60,257 bases of DNA from Acidimicrobiia bacterium (lineage in GTDB: Bacteria > Actinomycetota > Acidimicrobiia > IMCC26256 > DASPTH01): NCBI GenBank assembly GCA_036271015.1, contig DATBBL010000184.1, forward strand, positions 1 through 60,257, read 5' to 3'. The notes beneath the pieces are model-generated. The model was not told the origin of the DNA, searched no databases, and was given only the letters and a program-made list of their open reading frames with translations. How positions within the stretch are numbered: position 1 is the first letter of the stretch; every line of letters starts with the position of its first letter. Of the stretch, positions 9,225 to 17,492 are shown piece by piece. The position numbers were made by a program, and so were the translations under genes.

Positions 9225-9655
9225 TCGAGTGCCGCCGCGTCGACGACGTCGGGATGGCCGATGCGGGTCCGGTCGACGAGCTCGGCGAGCGTGAACCGCT
9301 CCAGGATCTGCCGGGTCTCGTCGGACACGCCGACCCAGACCTCCTGCAGGATGCAGTGCCCCTCGCAGTGGTCGTGCTCGCCCAGCAACGTGGTGAGCGG
9401 GCCGTCGACCGCGGCGAGGATGTCGGCCAGCGTGATCTCGGTCGGCGGTCGCGCCAGCACGTAGCCGCCGCCGACGCCGCGCTTCGACCGCACCAGCCCC
9501 GCGCCCTTCACCGCGAGCAGGATCTGCTCCAGGTAGGGCTGGGGCAGCCCGGTGCGCTCGGCGATCTCCTTCACCGACGTCGGCCGGTCCGACCCGTGCA
9601 GCGCGAGCGAGAGGAGCGCGCGCGCGGCGTAGTCACCCCGCGTCGACACCTTCAC
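9197..9655 (-). CDS. Rrf2-family transcriptional regulator
   Basis: GTG 9655 (VKVSTRGDYAARALLSLA...) is preceded by GGAAGCGAGG. The winged helix SVKEIAERTGLPQPYLEQILLAVKGAGLVRSKRGVGGGYVLA is typical of Rrf2. The rest of the 583-aa track ORF is a spurious extension. The 3' end overlaps the kinase 3' end by 28 nt. Confidence 0.88.
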   Translation of the reverse strand: MKVSTRGDYAARALLSLALHGSDRPTSVKEIAERTGLPQPYLEQILLAVKGAGLVRSKRGVGGGYVLARPPTEITLADILAAVDGPLTTLLGEHDHCEGHCILQEVWVGVSDETRQILERFTLAELVDRTRIGHPDVVDAAALDQVAEAVES

Positions 9656-9760
9656 TCTGGCCTCGCTTCCGCTCGGCTGTTTCCCGCGTGCATCCCACCA
9701 TGGTCGCGCGTCGGGGCGCCGGCCGGTGGCCCCTGTCGCTTCCGTGCTCGCCGTCACTCG

Positions 9761-9775
9761 TAGGGTGGAGCGGTG
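9761..9775 (+). promoter_or_regulatory. Candidate -10 (TAGGGT) + 6 nt + GTG: leaderless start of alkaline-phosphatase-family gene
   Basis: TANNNT hexamer spacing, in the divergent region shared with the Rrf2 gene. Confidence 0.4.
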
Positions 9776-10867
9776 GAGGCGGTGAAGCCCGACTACTCGG
9801 GGCCCAACGTGACCGGCGTGGTGCCGGCGCTCCTCGGCTCGCGGCCGGTCTCTTGGCTCCCGGAGCCGGTCGCGGGGGCCCGCAGCACCGTCCTGCTGGT
9901 GCTCGACGGCCTGGGCTGGGAGGCGCTCACCACCCACCCGGAGCGCCTGCCCGAGCTCGGGGCCTTCACCGGCGGGCCCGTCACCACCGTGGTGCCGTCG
10001 ACCACCCCGGCCGCCCTCACCTCGATCACGACCGGCCTGACGCCCTCGCGCCACGGGATCACCGGCTTCCGGATCCGCCAGGAGCGCAGCGTGCTCAACG
10101 CCATCCGGTGGCAGCTCGCCGACGGGTCCCGGCCGCCCGACCCTGCGCACGTCCAGAAGCACGCGGTGTTCGGGGGTCGGGCGGTGCCCGTCGTCACCAA
10201 GTCGATGTTCCGCACCACCGGGTTCACCGCGGTGCACCTGCGCGGGGTCGACTTCCACGGCTGGCAGACCACCTCGGTGCTGGTCGAGCACGTCCGGCGG
10301 CTGGTCGCCGACGGCGCGCCGTTCGTGTACGCGTACTACCCGGGCGTCGACGAGGTCGCGCACGCGTACGGGCTGCACGGGCCGTACTACCCGGCGGAGC
10401 TCGCCGCCACCGACCTGATCGTCGGCGCGCTGCTCGACGCGCTGCCGGGCGACGCCGCGCTGCTGGTCACCGCCGATCACGGGCAGGTCCAGGTCGGACC
10501 GGACGGCTGGCTCGGGCTGCAACCGCTCCACCCGATGGTCGACACCTACGCGGGCGACGGCCGGTTCCGGTACCTGTACGCGCACCCCGGGGCCGCGGCC
10601 GACCTGTTCGCGGCGGCGTCGGAGCTGCACGGCGGGGATGCGTGGGTGTTCCGGCGCGAGCAGCTGCTCGACGAGGGGTGGCTCGGGCCCGATCCGGTGT
10701 CGGCGACGTACCGGCGCGTCGGCGACGTCGTGCTCGCCGCCCGCACCGGCGTCGGCTTCATCGACCCGACGCTGCCCTACGAGGCGCAGCTCGTCTCCGC
10801 CCACGGATCGCTGACCCCGGCGGAGATGCAGGTGCCGCTGGTCGCCTCCCGCGGCCGCGCGCGCTAA
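9773..10867 (+). CDS. Alkaline-phosphatase-superfamily protein (type I phosphodiesterase/nucleotide pyrophosphatase-like)
   Basis: Metal/nucleophile motifs LVLDGLGWE, PSTTPAALTSITTG and VTADHGQ. GTG start lies 6 nt after a TAGGGT hexamer. Confidence 0.8.
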   Translation: MEAVKPDYSGPNVTGVVPALLGSRPVSWLPEPVAGARSTVLLVLDGLGWEALTTHPERLPELGAFTGGPVTTVVPSTTPAALTSITTGLTPSRHGITGFRIRQERSVLNAIRWQLADGSRPPDPAHVQKHAVFGGRAVPVVTKSMFRTTGFTAVHLRGVDFHGWQTTSVLVEHVRRLVADGAPFVYAYYPGVDEVAHAYGLHGPYYPAELAATDLIVGALLDALPGDAALLVTADHGQVQVGPDGWLGLQPLHPMVDTYAGDGRFRYLYAHPGAAADLFAAASELHGGDAWVFRREQLLDEGWLGPDPVSATYRRVGDVVLAARTGVGFIDPTLPYEAQLVSAHGSLTPAEMQVPLVASRGRAR

Positions 10868-10950
10868 CGTCGGCGAACTACACCCGTGTGATTCATCCAC
10901 AGCCCTGTGGAGGGGCTTGTGGACGAGGGAGAGGACCTCCGGGAGCAACG

Positions 10951-13900
10951 TTGGCCAAGTCGTTCGTGCACCTCCACCTCCACACCGAGTTCTCGATGCT
11001 CGACGGTGCGGCCCGCATCCAGGAGGTGGTGGCGAAGGCGGCGGCCGACGGCCAACCCGCCGTCGGCATCACCGATCACGGCAACATGTACGGCGTCCTC
11101 GACTTCTACCGCGCGGCGCGGGAGGCGGATCTCACGCCGGTGATCGGCACCGAGGCCTACATGGTCACGACCAGCCGGCACGACCGCCCGCGGCGCGACC
11201 AGCACGACATCTACCACCTCACGTTGCTGGCGGAGTCGACGCAGGGCTACCGCAACCTCATCAAGGTGTCGTCGCACGCGTACCTCGACGGGTTCTTCCA
11301 GAAGCCGCGGGTCGACTTCGAGCTGCTCGAGCAGCACCACGAGGGCCTGGTCGGCACCACCGGCTGCCTCGGCGGCGCGGTCTCGCAGGCGATCCTGCAG
11401 GACGACTACCAGCTCGCCCGGCAGCACGTCGACCGCTTCCAGTCGATCTTCGGGCGCGACTCGTTCTTCGTGGAGCTGCAGGACCACGGCCTGCCCGAGC
11501 AGCTGCAGGTGAACCCGCAGCTCATCCGCTTGGCGCGCGACATGCGGGCGCCGCTCCTCGCCACCAACGACTCGCACTACACGCACCGCGACGACGCCGA
11601 GGCCCACGACGCGCTGCTCTGCGTGCAGACCGGCGCGGTGCGCGACGACCCCAAGCGGTTCAAGTTCGACGCCGATGAGTTCTACCTGAAGACCGCGCAG
11701 GAGATGCGCGACCTCTTCTCCGACTACGAGGAGGCGTGCGACAACACGCTGCTCGTCGCCGAGCGGGCCGACGTCGAGATCGAGTTCGGCAACTCGGTGC
11801 TGCCCACGTTCCCCACGCCGCAGGGCCACGACGAGGACTCCTACCTCCGCGAGCTGTGCATCGAGGGCGCCAAGGACCGCTACGGGATCTCGCCCGGGCC
11901 GGAGGTGCTGGAGCGGATCGAGTTCGAGCTCGGCGTCATCAAGACGATGGGGTTCTCCGCGTACTTCCTCGTGGTGTGGGACCTCGTGCGCTACGCGCGC
12001 ACGCGCGGCATCCGGGTCGGTCCGGGGCGGGGGAGCGCGGCGGGCTCGTGCGTCGCCTACTGCCTCCGCATCGTCGACATCGATCCGATCCGGTACGACC
12101 TGCTGTTCGAGCGCTTCCTGAACCCGGGGCGCAAGCAGATGCCCGACATCGACATGGACTTCGACTCCCGCTACCGCGGCGAGATGATCAAGTACGCGGC
12201 CGAGCGCTACGGCTGGGACCACGTCGCACAGATCATCACGTTCTCCACCATCAAGGCGCGGGCCGCGGTGCGCGACTCGGCGCGGGTGCTCGGCTACCCG
12301 TACGCGGTGGGCGACAAGATCGCCAAGCTCATGCCGCCGCTGATCATGGGTCGCGACACGCCGCTGCGGGCGTGCTTCGAGAAGGTCACCGGGCACGAGG
12401 ACGGCTACAAGATGGCCGTCGAGCTGCGCACCCTCTACGAGGCCGATCCCGACGCCAAGCGCGTCATCGACGTCGCCCGCGGGCTCGAGGGGCTCCGCCG
12501 CCAGGACGGCATCCACGCCGCCGCGGTGGTGATCACGCGCGAGCCGCTCACCGAGTACCTCCCGATCCAGCGCAAGCCGGAAGCGGGCGGGAAGATCGAG
12601 GACGCCCCGATCGTCACGCAGTACGAGATGCACGGGGTCGAGGACCTCGGCCTGCTCAAGATGGACTTCCTGGGCCTGCGCAACCTCGACGTGCTCGAGA
12701 TCGCGCTCGGGCTCATCGAGGAGAGCACCGGCTCCCGTCCCGACATCGACCGCATCCCGCTCGACGACCCGAAGACGTTCGACCTGCTGCGCGCCGGCGA
12801 CACCGTGGGCGTGTTCCAGCTCGAAGGCGGGCCGATGCGGGCGCTCCTGCGCTCGCTGATGCCGACCTCGTTCGAGGACGTCGCCGCGCTCATCGCCCTC
12901 TACCGCCCGGGGCCCATGGCCCAGAACTGGCACAACGAGTACGCCGACCGCAAGAACGGGCGGAAGCCGGTCGACTACCCGCACGCCGACCTCACCGAGA
13001 TCCTGGAGCCCACGTACGGGCTGATGATCTACCAGGAGCAGCTGATGCGCGTGGCGCAGCGGCTGGCCGGGTACACGCTGGAGGAGGCCGACAACCTCCG
13101 GAAGGCGACGGGCAAGAAGATCCGCGCCCTGATCGCCAAGGAGCGCACGAAGTTCGTCGAGGGCTGCGTCGCGCAGGGCCACGAGGCGGCGTTCGGCGAA
13201 CGGATCTTCGACACCATCGAGCCCTTCGCCGACTACTCGTTCAACAAGTCGCACTCGGTGGGCTACGGCTTCGTCACGTACCAGACCGCATGGCTCAAGG
13301 CGAACCACCCGGTCGAGTACCTCGCCGCGCTGCTCACGTCGGTCAAGACCAACAAGGACCAGACCGCGGTCTTCCTCAACGAGTGCCGCCAACTCGGCAT
13401 CGAGGTGCTCGTCCCCGACGTCAACGAATCGGTCTCCGACTTCTCGGTGCGCGATCGGTCCGACGGCAAGGCGGTCCGCTTCGGGCTGTCGGCCGTCCGC
13501 AACGTCGGCGAGGGCGTGGTGGTGCACATCGTCGCGGCGCGGGAAGCCGGCGGTCCGTTCGCCGACTTCTACGACTTCTGCGACCGCGTCGACCCGACCG
13601 TGCTCAACAAGCGGACCGTCGAGTCGCTGATCAAGGCGGGTGCGTTCGACTCCGTCGGCCATCCGCGTCAGGGCCTCCTGTTCGTGCACGAGACCATCAT
13701 CGAGACCGTGCTCGGGCGTCGCCGCAACGAGGCCGAGGGCCAGTTCGACCTGTTCTCCGCGGTCGACGATCCCGCGCCGGAGTCGGTCGTCGGCCACCGC
13801 ACCACCATCCCCGACACCGAGTTCCCGAAGTCGCAGCGGCTCGCGTTCGAGAAGGAGATGCTCGGGCTGTACGTGAGCGAGCACCCGATGATGGGCGCGG

Positions 13901-14448
13901 AGCGGGCGCTGCGGAAGTACGTCGACTGCACGCTGTCGGAGCTGCGGGAGGGTCGCGAGGGCGAGATGAAGACGGTGGGCGGGATCGTTACCGCGCTCAA
14001 CCGCAAGTACACCAAGCGGGGCGACCTCATGGGCGCGTTCGTGCTCGAGGACCTCGGCGCCGCGCTCGAGGTGATGGTGTTCCCGAAGACCATGACGGGC
14101 TACGGGCACCTGCTCGAGGACGACGCCATCGTGGTGGTGAAGGGCCGGCTCGACGTGCGCGACGACACGCCCAAGATCATCGCCATGGAGATCACCCGGC
14201 CCGAGCTCGCGGTCGACAGCGGCCCGCCGGTGCGGGTGAAGGTGCGGCTCAACACCCTCTCCGACGCCAAGGTCGGCCAGCTCAAGGCCATCCTCTCGGA
14301 GCACCCCGGCGACAGCCCCGTCTACGTGCACCTCGAGAGCCCGGAGAAGACGACCGTCCTGCGTCTGGGCGACGACCACCTCGTCGACGCCGGCACCGGC
14401 CTCTACGCCGAGCTCCGCATCCTCCTCGGCGCCGACTGCATCACCTGA
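10951..14448 (+). CDS. dnaE: DNA polymerase III alpha subunit (DnaE1)
   Basis: PHP domain start SFVHLHLHTEFSMLDGA, polymerase core, HhH and OB-fold regions over about 1165 aa. TTG 10951 is the most likely start; the upstream part of track ORF 9688..14448 overlaps the preceding gene and is not coding. Confidence 0.95.
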   Translation: MAKSFVHLHLHTEFSMLDGAARIQEVVAKAAADGQPAVGITDHGNMYGVLDFYRAAREADLTPVIGTEAYMVTTSRHDRPRRDQHDIYHLTLLAESTQGYRNLIKVSSHAYLDGFFQKPRVDFELLEQHHEGLVGTTGCLGGAVSQAILQDDYQLARQHVDRFQSIFGRDSFFVELQDHGLPEQLQVNPQLIRLARDMRAPLLATNDSHYTHRDDAEAHDALLCVQTGAVRDDPKRFKFDADEFYLKTAQEMRDLFSDYEEACDNTLLVAERADVEIEFGNSVLPTFPTPQGHDEDSYLRELCIEGAKDRYGISPGPEVLERIEFELGVIKTMGFSAYFLVVWDLVRYARTRGIRVGPGRGSAAGSCVAYCLRIVDIDPIRYDLLFERFLNPGRKQMPDIDMDFDSRYRGEMIKYAAERYGWDHVAQIITFSTIKARAAVRDSARVLGYPYAVGDKIAKLMPPLIMGRDTPLRACFEKVTGHEDGYKMAVELRTLYEADPDAKRVIDVARGLEGLRRQDGIHAAAVVITREPLTEYLPIQRKPEAGGKIEDAPIVTQYEMHGVEDLGLLKMDFLGLRNLDVLEIALGLIEESTGSRPDIDRIPLDDPKTFDLLRAGDTVGVFQLEGGPMRALLRSLMPTSFEDVAALIALYRPGPMAQNWHNEYADRKNGRKPVDYPHADLTEILEPTYGLMIYQEQLMRVAQRLAGYTLEEADNLRKATGKKIRALIAKERTKFVEGCVAQGHEAAFGERIFDTIEPFADYSFNKSHSVGYGFVTYQTAWLKANHPVEYLAALLTSVKTNKDQTAVFLNECRQLGIEVLVPDVNESVSDFSVRDRSDGKAVRFGLSAVRNVGEGVVVHIVAAREAGGPFADFYDFCDRVDPTVLNKRTVESLIKAGAFDSVGHPRQGLLFVHETIIETVLGRRRNEAEGQFDLFSAVDDPAPESVVGHRTTIPDTEFPKSQRLAFEKEMLGLYVSEHPMMGAERALRKYVDCTLSELREGREGEMKTVGGIVTALNRKYTKRGDLMGAFVLEDLGAALEVMVFPKTMTGYGHLLEDDAIVVVKGRLDVRDDTPKIIAMEITRPELAVDSGPPVRVKVRLNTLSDAKVGQLKAILSEHPGDSPVYVHLESPEKTTVLRLGDDHLVDAGTGLYAELRILLGADCIT

Positions 14449-14452
14449 CCCC

Positions 14453-14515
14453 TCCCGCCTCCGAACATCTCGGACTTCGGTGGGTGATATCCCCCTCAAC
14501 CCGCGGATGCTCGGG
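14453..14515. repeat. Left copy of imperfect direct repeat flanking the DUF559 gene
   Basis: Aligns ungapped at offset 982 with 15435-15482. Shared strings are ccgaacNtctcgga and ccctcaac (33/48 identical overall), then gctcggg after a 6-nt indel. Confidence 0.5.
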
Positions 14516-15401
14516 TCAAGGCCGCCCTCACGGTGTCGACGACGGCGTGGTCGGACGATCGCGACGTGAACCGGAGCAGCTGGAAGCCGATGACGACGAG
14601 ATCATTGCCCCGCGCCCGGTCCCGGTCGAATGCCCGGCGACCCTTGTGGAAACCCCAGCTGTCGAACTCGATCGCGATCTTTGCGGCCGGGTAGCAGAGG
14701 TCGATCCGGTATCGCCGGTCACCGAACCGCACCCAGTGCTGACGCGTGGGCTCGGGAAGGCCGGCGCTCACGAGCAGGTGGGCGATGCGCTTCTCGGGTT
14801 CGCTCTCACCCGGGTGGTAGCCGGGAGCGCGGTGCTCGAGGATCTCGCGCATCACGGTGCAACGGTGACGGCCGCGGCCCTCGAGGTCGGTTGCCACGCG
14901 CACGAGCGCTCGCCGCGTCACCATCTCGCGGCGCAGGGCCTCGTCCACCGCCCGCTCGATCTTCCACGCCGGTTCCACGGCGGTGAGGTCGCAGAGCGTC
15001 CGGGCCGCCGATGTCACTGGGATCGGGCCTGCGCGCGTCACATGGCCAGGCCCGAAGACCGCGCTCTCGTGGACCACCACGCCGTCCATGATCGACGGAC
15101 GCCGGCCGAACTGGGTGACCTCGAGCGTGTCGGGCTCGAAGCCGTCGAACCCGTACACCGCGGCCGCGGCACGGAACGACGCGTATGTGCTCGAGCCGCC
15201 GGCCAGGCAGACCGCGAGCAGCATTTGTCGCCAGCTCTCGGGTGCCCCGGCGACGCGGTAGACACCCCGGCGGACGGGCTCGAGCCGCCGCGCCCGGAGC
15301 CAGTCGTGCAGTGTGTGGCGCGACATCTCCTCCAGTGCCTGGCCGCGGGTCACAAGGCCGAGTTGGTTGCGAGCGACGGGAGCGAGACGCGAATCGGACA
15401 T
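14496..15401 (-). CDS. DUF559 (Vsr-like endonuclease fold) protein with AbiEi-like N-terminal wHTH domain
   Basis: Starts at ATG 15401 (MSDSRLAPVARNQLGLVTRGQALE...). The C-terminal block RIAHLLVSAGLPEPTRQHWV...YRIDLCYPAAKIAIEFDSWGFH...RDRARGNDLVVIGFQLLRFT is the classic DUF559 signature. Confidence 0.8.
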   Translation of the reverse strand: MSDSRLAPVARNQLGLVTRGQALEEMSRHTLHDWLRARRLEPVRRGVYRVAGAPESWRQMLLAVCLAGGSSTYASFRAAAAVYGFDGFEPDTLEVTQFGRRPSIMDGVVVHESAVFGPGHVTRAGPIPVTSAARTLCDLTAVEPAWKIERAVDEALRREMVTRRALVRVATDLEGRGRHRCTVMREILEHRAPGYHPGESEPEKRIAHLLVSAGLPEPTRQHWVRFGDRRYRIDLCYPAAKIAIEFDSWGFHKGRRAFDRDRARGNDLVVIGFQLLRFTSRSSDHAVVDTVRAALTRASAG

Positions 15402-15434
15402 GCCGCGCAGGTTGGCACCCGGGTGTGACAGCGA

Positions 15435-15503
15435 TCCTGCCGCCGAACGTCTCGGAGTCGAGGGCACCATGACACCCTCAACTGCGAGATGTTCACGCTC
15501 GGG
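15435..15503. repeat. Right copy of imperfect direct repeat flanking the DUF559 gene
   Basis: See 14453..14515. Confidence 0.5.
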
Positions 15504-15553
15504 ACGCGGCGGGCAGGTGGGGATCGTGGGCGGGGGTGTGCGAAGCTCGGGTG

Positions 15554-16228
15554 ATGAGGATCGGCGTGTTGGGGGGGACGGGACCGGCGGGGCGCGGCAT
15601 CGCGGCGCGCCTGGCCGCGGCCGGCCACGACGTGGTCGTGGGATCACGGGACCGCGAGCGGTCGCGGAGCGTCGTCGACGACCTGCGGGAGCAGTGGGGC
15701 GACCGGGTCGCCGGCCTCGAGCCCGGCACCAACCACGACGCCGCCGACGCCGACCTGGTCGTGCTGGCCACCGTCTGGGACGCCGCCGTCCCGACGGCGC
15801 GGGCCCACGCCGAGCAGCTCGCGGGCAAGACCGTGATCGCCATGGGCAACGGCCTCGAGAAGCACGGGCGCCACTTCCACCCGGTCGTCCCCGAGCAGGG
15901 CTCGCTCAGTGCCGCGGTGCAGGCCGCCGCGCCCGACGCCCACGTCGTCGCCGCCCTGCAGCACGTGCCCGCCGCCGCCCTCGGCGACCTCGCCCACCCG
16001 CTCGCCAGCGACGTCCTGGTGGCCGGCGACGACCCCGAGGCCCGCACCGCGGTGCTCGAGCTCATCGACGGCATCGACGGCCTCCGCGCCATCGACGCGG
16101 GCCCGCTCGCCAACGCCCTCGGGATCGAGGCGTTCGCGGCCGCACTCCTCACCGCCAACCTGAACCACAAGGGTGAGGGAACGCTCCGGCTCGAGGGCCT
16201 CGGGCCCCGCCGTACTCCCGCACCGTGA
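15554..16228 (+). CDS. npdG: NADPH-dependent F420 reductase (NpdG/Fno family)
   Basis: MRIGVLGGTGPAGRGIAARLAAAGHDVVVGSRD is a Rossmann start, and length and layout fit F420:NADP oxidoreductases. ATG 15554 is preferred over the track start 15536. Confidence 0.8.
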   Translation: MRIGVLGGTGPAGRGIAARLAAAGHDVVVGSRDRERSRSVVDDLREQWGDRVAGLEPGTNHDAADADLVVLATVWDAAVPTARAHAEQLAGKTVIAMGNGLEKHGRHFHPVVPEQGSLSAAVQAAAPDAHVVAALQHVPAAALGDLAHPLASDVLVAGDDPEARTAVLELIDGIDGLRAIDAGPLANALGIEAFAAALLTANLNHKGEGTLRLEGLGPRRTPAP

Positions 16229-16268
16229 CCAACGAACGCACCGTGACCAACTCCGCACCATGACCATC
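16219..16268 (+). repeat. Three tandem copies of CGCACCGTGACCAAC (third degenerate: CGCACCATGACCATC), period 17-18 nt
   Basis: Copies at 16219-16233, 16237-16251 and 16254-16268. Copy 1 contains the npdG stop TGA; copy 3 contains the mshC ATG. Confidence 0.85.
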
Positions 16269-17450
16269 AAGCTCTTCGACACCGCCCAGCGCGCCGTCGT
16301 CCCGTTCGAGGTCGACCGGGTCGTGCGCATGTACGTCTGCGGCATCACGCCGTACGACTCCACCCACCTCGGCCACGCCGCCACGTACCTCACGTACGAC
16401 CTCCTCATCCGCCGGCTCGAAGAGCTCGGCCACGAGGTGCGCATGGTGCGCAACGTCACCGACGTCGACGACTCCATCCTCCCCAAGGCCCGGGAGCTCG
16501 GCGTGCCCTACCTCGACCTGGCGGAAGCCGAGCTCGCCCGGTTCCGCTCCGACATGGAGGCGCTGGGCACTCGTCCGCCGCTGGCCGAGCCACGCGCCAC
16601 CGAGTCGATCGACGGCATGATCGACATGGTCAACACGCTGCTCGACGACGGCAACGCGTACCTCACCCACGGCACCGTGTACTTCGACGTGTCGACGTTC
16701 CCGCGCTTCGGCGAGGTGTCGCACTACTCCCGCGACCACATGGTGCGCTTGGCCCGTACCCGGGGCGGGAACCCGGACGACCCCCACCGCCGCGACCCGC
16801 TCGACTTCGTGCTCTGGCAGCCGTCGCTCCCCGACGAGCCGGCCTGGCGCGCGCCCTTCGGCGTCGGCCGCCCCGGTTGGCACGTCGAATGCTCGGTGAT
16901 GGCCATGAACGAGCTCGGCCCCACCATCGACCTGCACGGTGGTGGCACCGACCTCATCTTCCCGCACCACGAGTGCGAGGTCGCGCAGAGCGAGAGCATC
17001 ACCGGGCAGCCGTTCTCCCGCCATTGGGTGCACTCGGCGATGGTGAGCTACGAGGGTGAGAAGATGTCGAAGTCGCTCGGCAACCTCGTGTTCGTGAGCG
17101 ACCTCCTGAAGACGGCCGACCCGCGCGCCATCCGCCTCGCGCTCATGCAGCACCACTACCGCGCCGGCTTCGAGTGGCACGACACCGACCTCGACGACGG
17201 CACCGCGCTCCTGCACCGTCTGCTCGCGGCCGCCGACTGCGAGGACGGCGCCGACCCGCGGCCCTTCGCCGCCCGGGTGCGCGCCGCCATCGACAACGAC
17301 CTCGACGCCCCGCGCGCGCTGGAAGCGCTCGACGACCTCGCCAGCGCGGTGCTCTCCGGCGGCGACGACCCGACCGCGCCCGCGACCCTCCGCGAGCTCG
17401 GCGCGCTGCTCGGCATCGACCTCTCGCGGCCCGCCGGAGCCCCGCGATAA
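16260..17450 (+). CDS. mshC: L-cysteine:1D-myo-inositol 2-amino-2-deoxy-alpha-D-glucopyranoside ligase (mycothiol ligase; CysRS paralogue)
   Basis: MYVCGITPYDSTHLGHAATY (HIGH), NVTDVDD, GRPGWHVECS, GGGTDLIFPHHE and KMSKSLGN. About 396 aa with no anticodon-binding extension, which fits MshC rather than CysS. Confidence 0.85.
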   Translation: MTIKLFDTAQRAVVPFEVDRVVRMYVCGITPYDSTHLGHAATYLTYDLLIRRLEELGHEVRMVRNVTDVDDSILPKARELGVPYLDLAEAELARFRSDMEALGTRPPLAEPRATESIDGMIDMVNTLLDDGNAYLTHGTVYFDVSTFPRFGEVSHYSRDHMVRLARTRGGNPDDPHRRDPLDFVLWQPSLPDEPAWRAPFGVGRPGWHVECSVMAMNELGPTIDLHGGGTDLIFPHHECEVAQSESITGQPFSRHWVHSAMVSYEGEKMSKSLGNLVFVSDLLKTADPRAIRLALMQHHYRAGFEWHDTDLDDGTALLHRLLAAADCEDGADPRPFAARVRAAIDNDLDAPRALEALDDLASAVLSGGDDPTAPATLRELGALLGIDLSRPAGAPR

Positions 17451-17492
17451 CGGACGAGCCGGTCCGCGACCCACTGATAACGTCGGCGGCCC

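Noticed and set aside
9688-10950. 5' extension of the dnaE ORF (track ORF 9688..14448, 1586 aa)
   Set aside because: The extension is Arg/Ala/Pro-rich nonsense and overlaps the well-supported alkaline-phosphatase-family gene in another frame. The DnaE PHP domain begins right after TTG 10951.
15402-15647. 82-aa N-terminal extension of the DUF559 ORF, and the overlapping plus-strand ORF 15313..16176
   Set aside because: Pro/Arg-rich sequence with no domain. ATG 15401 gives the typical AbiEi-like N-terminus. The plus-strand ORF is out of frame with the clear npdG gene.
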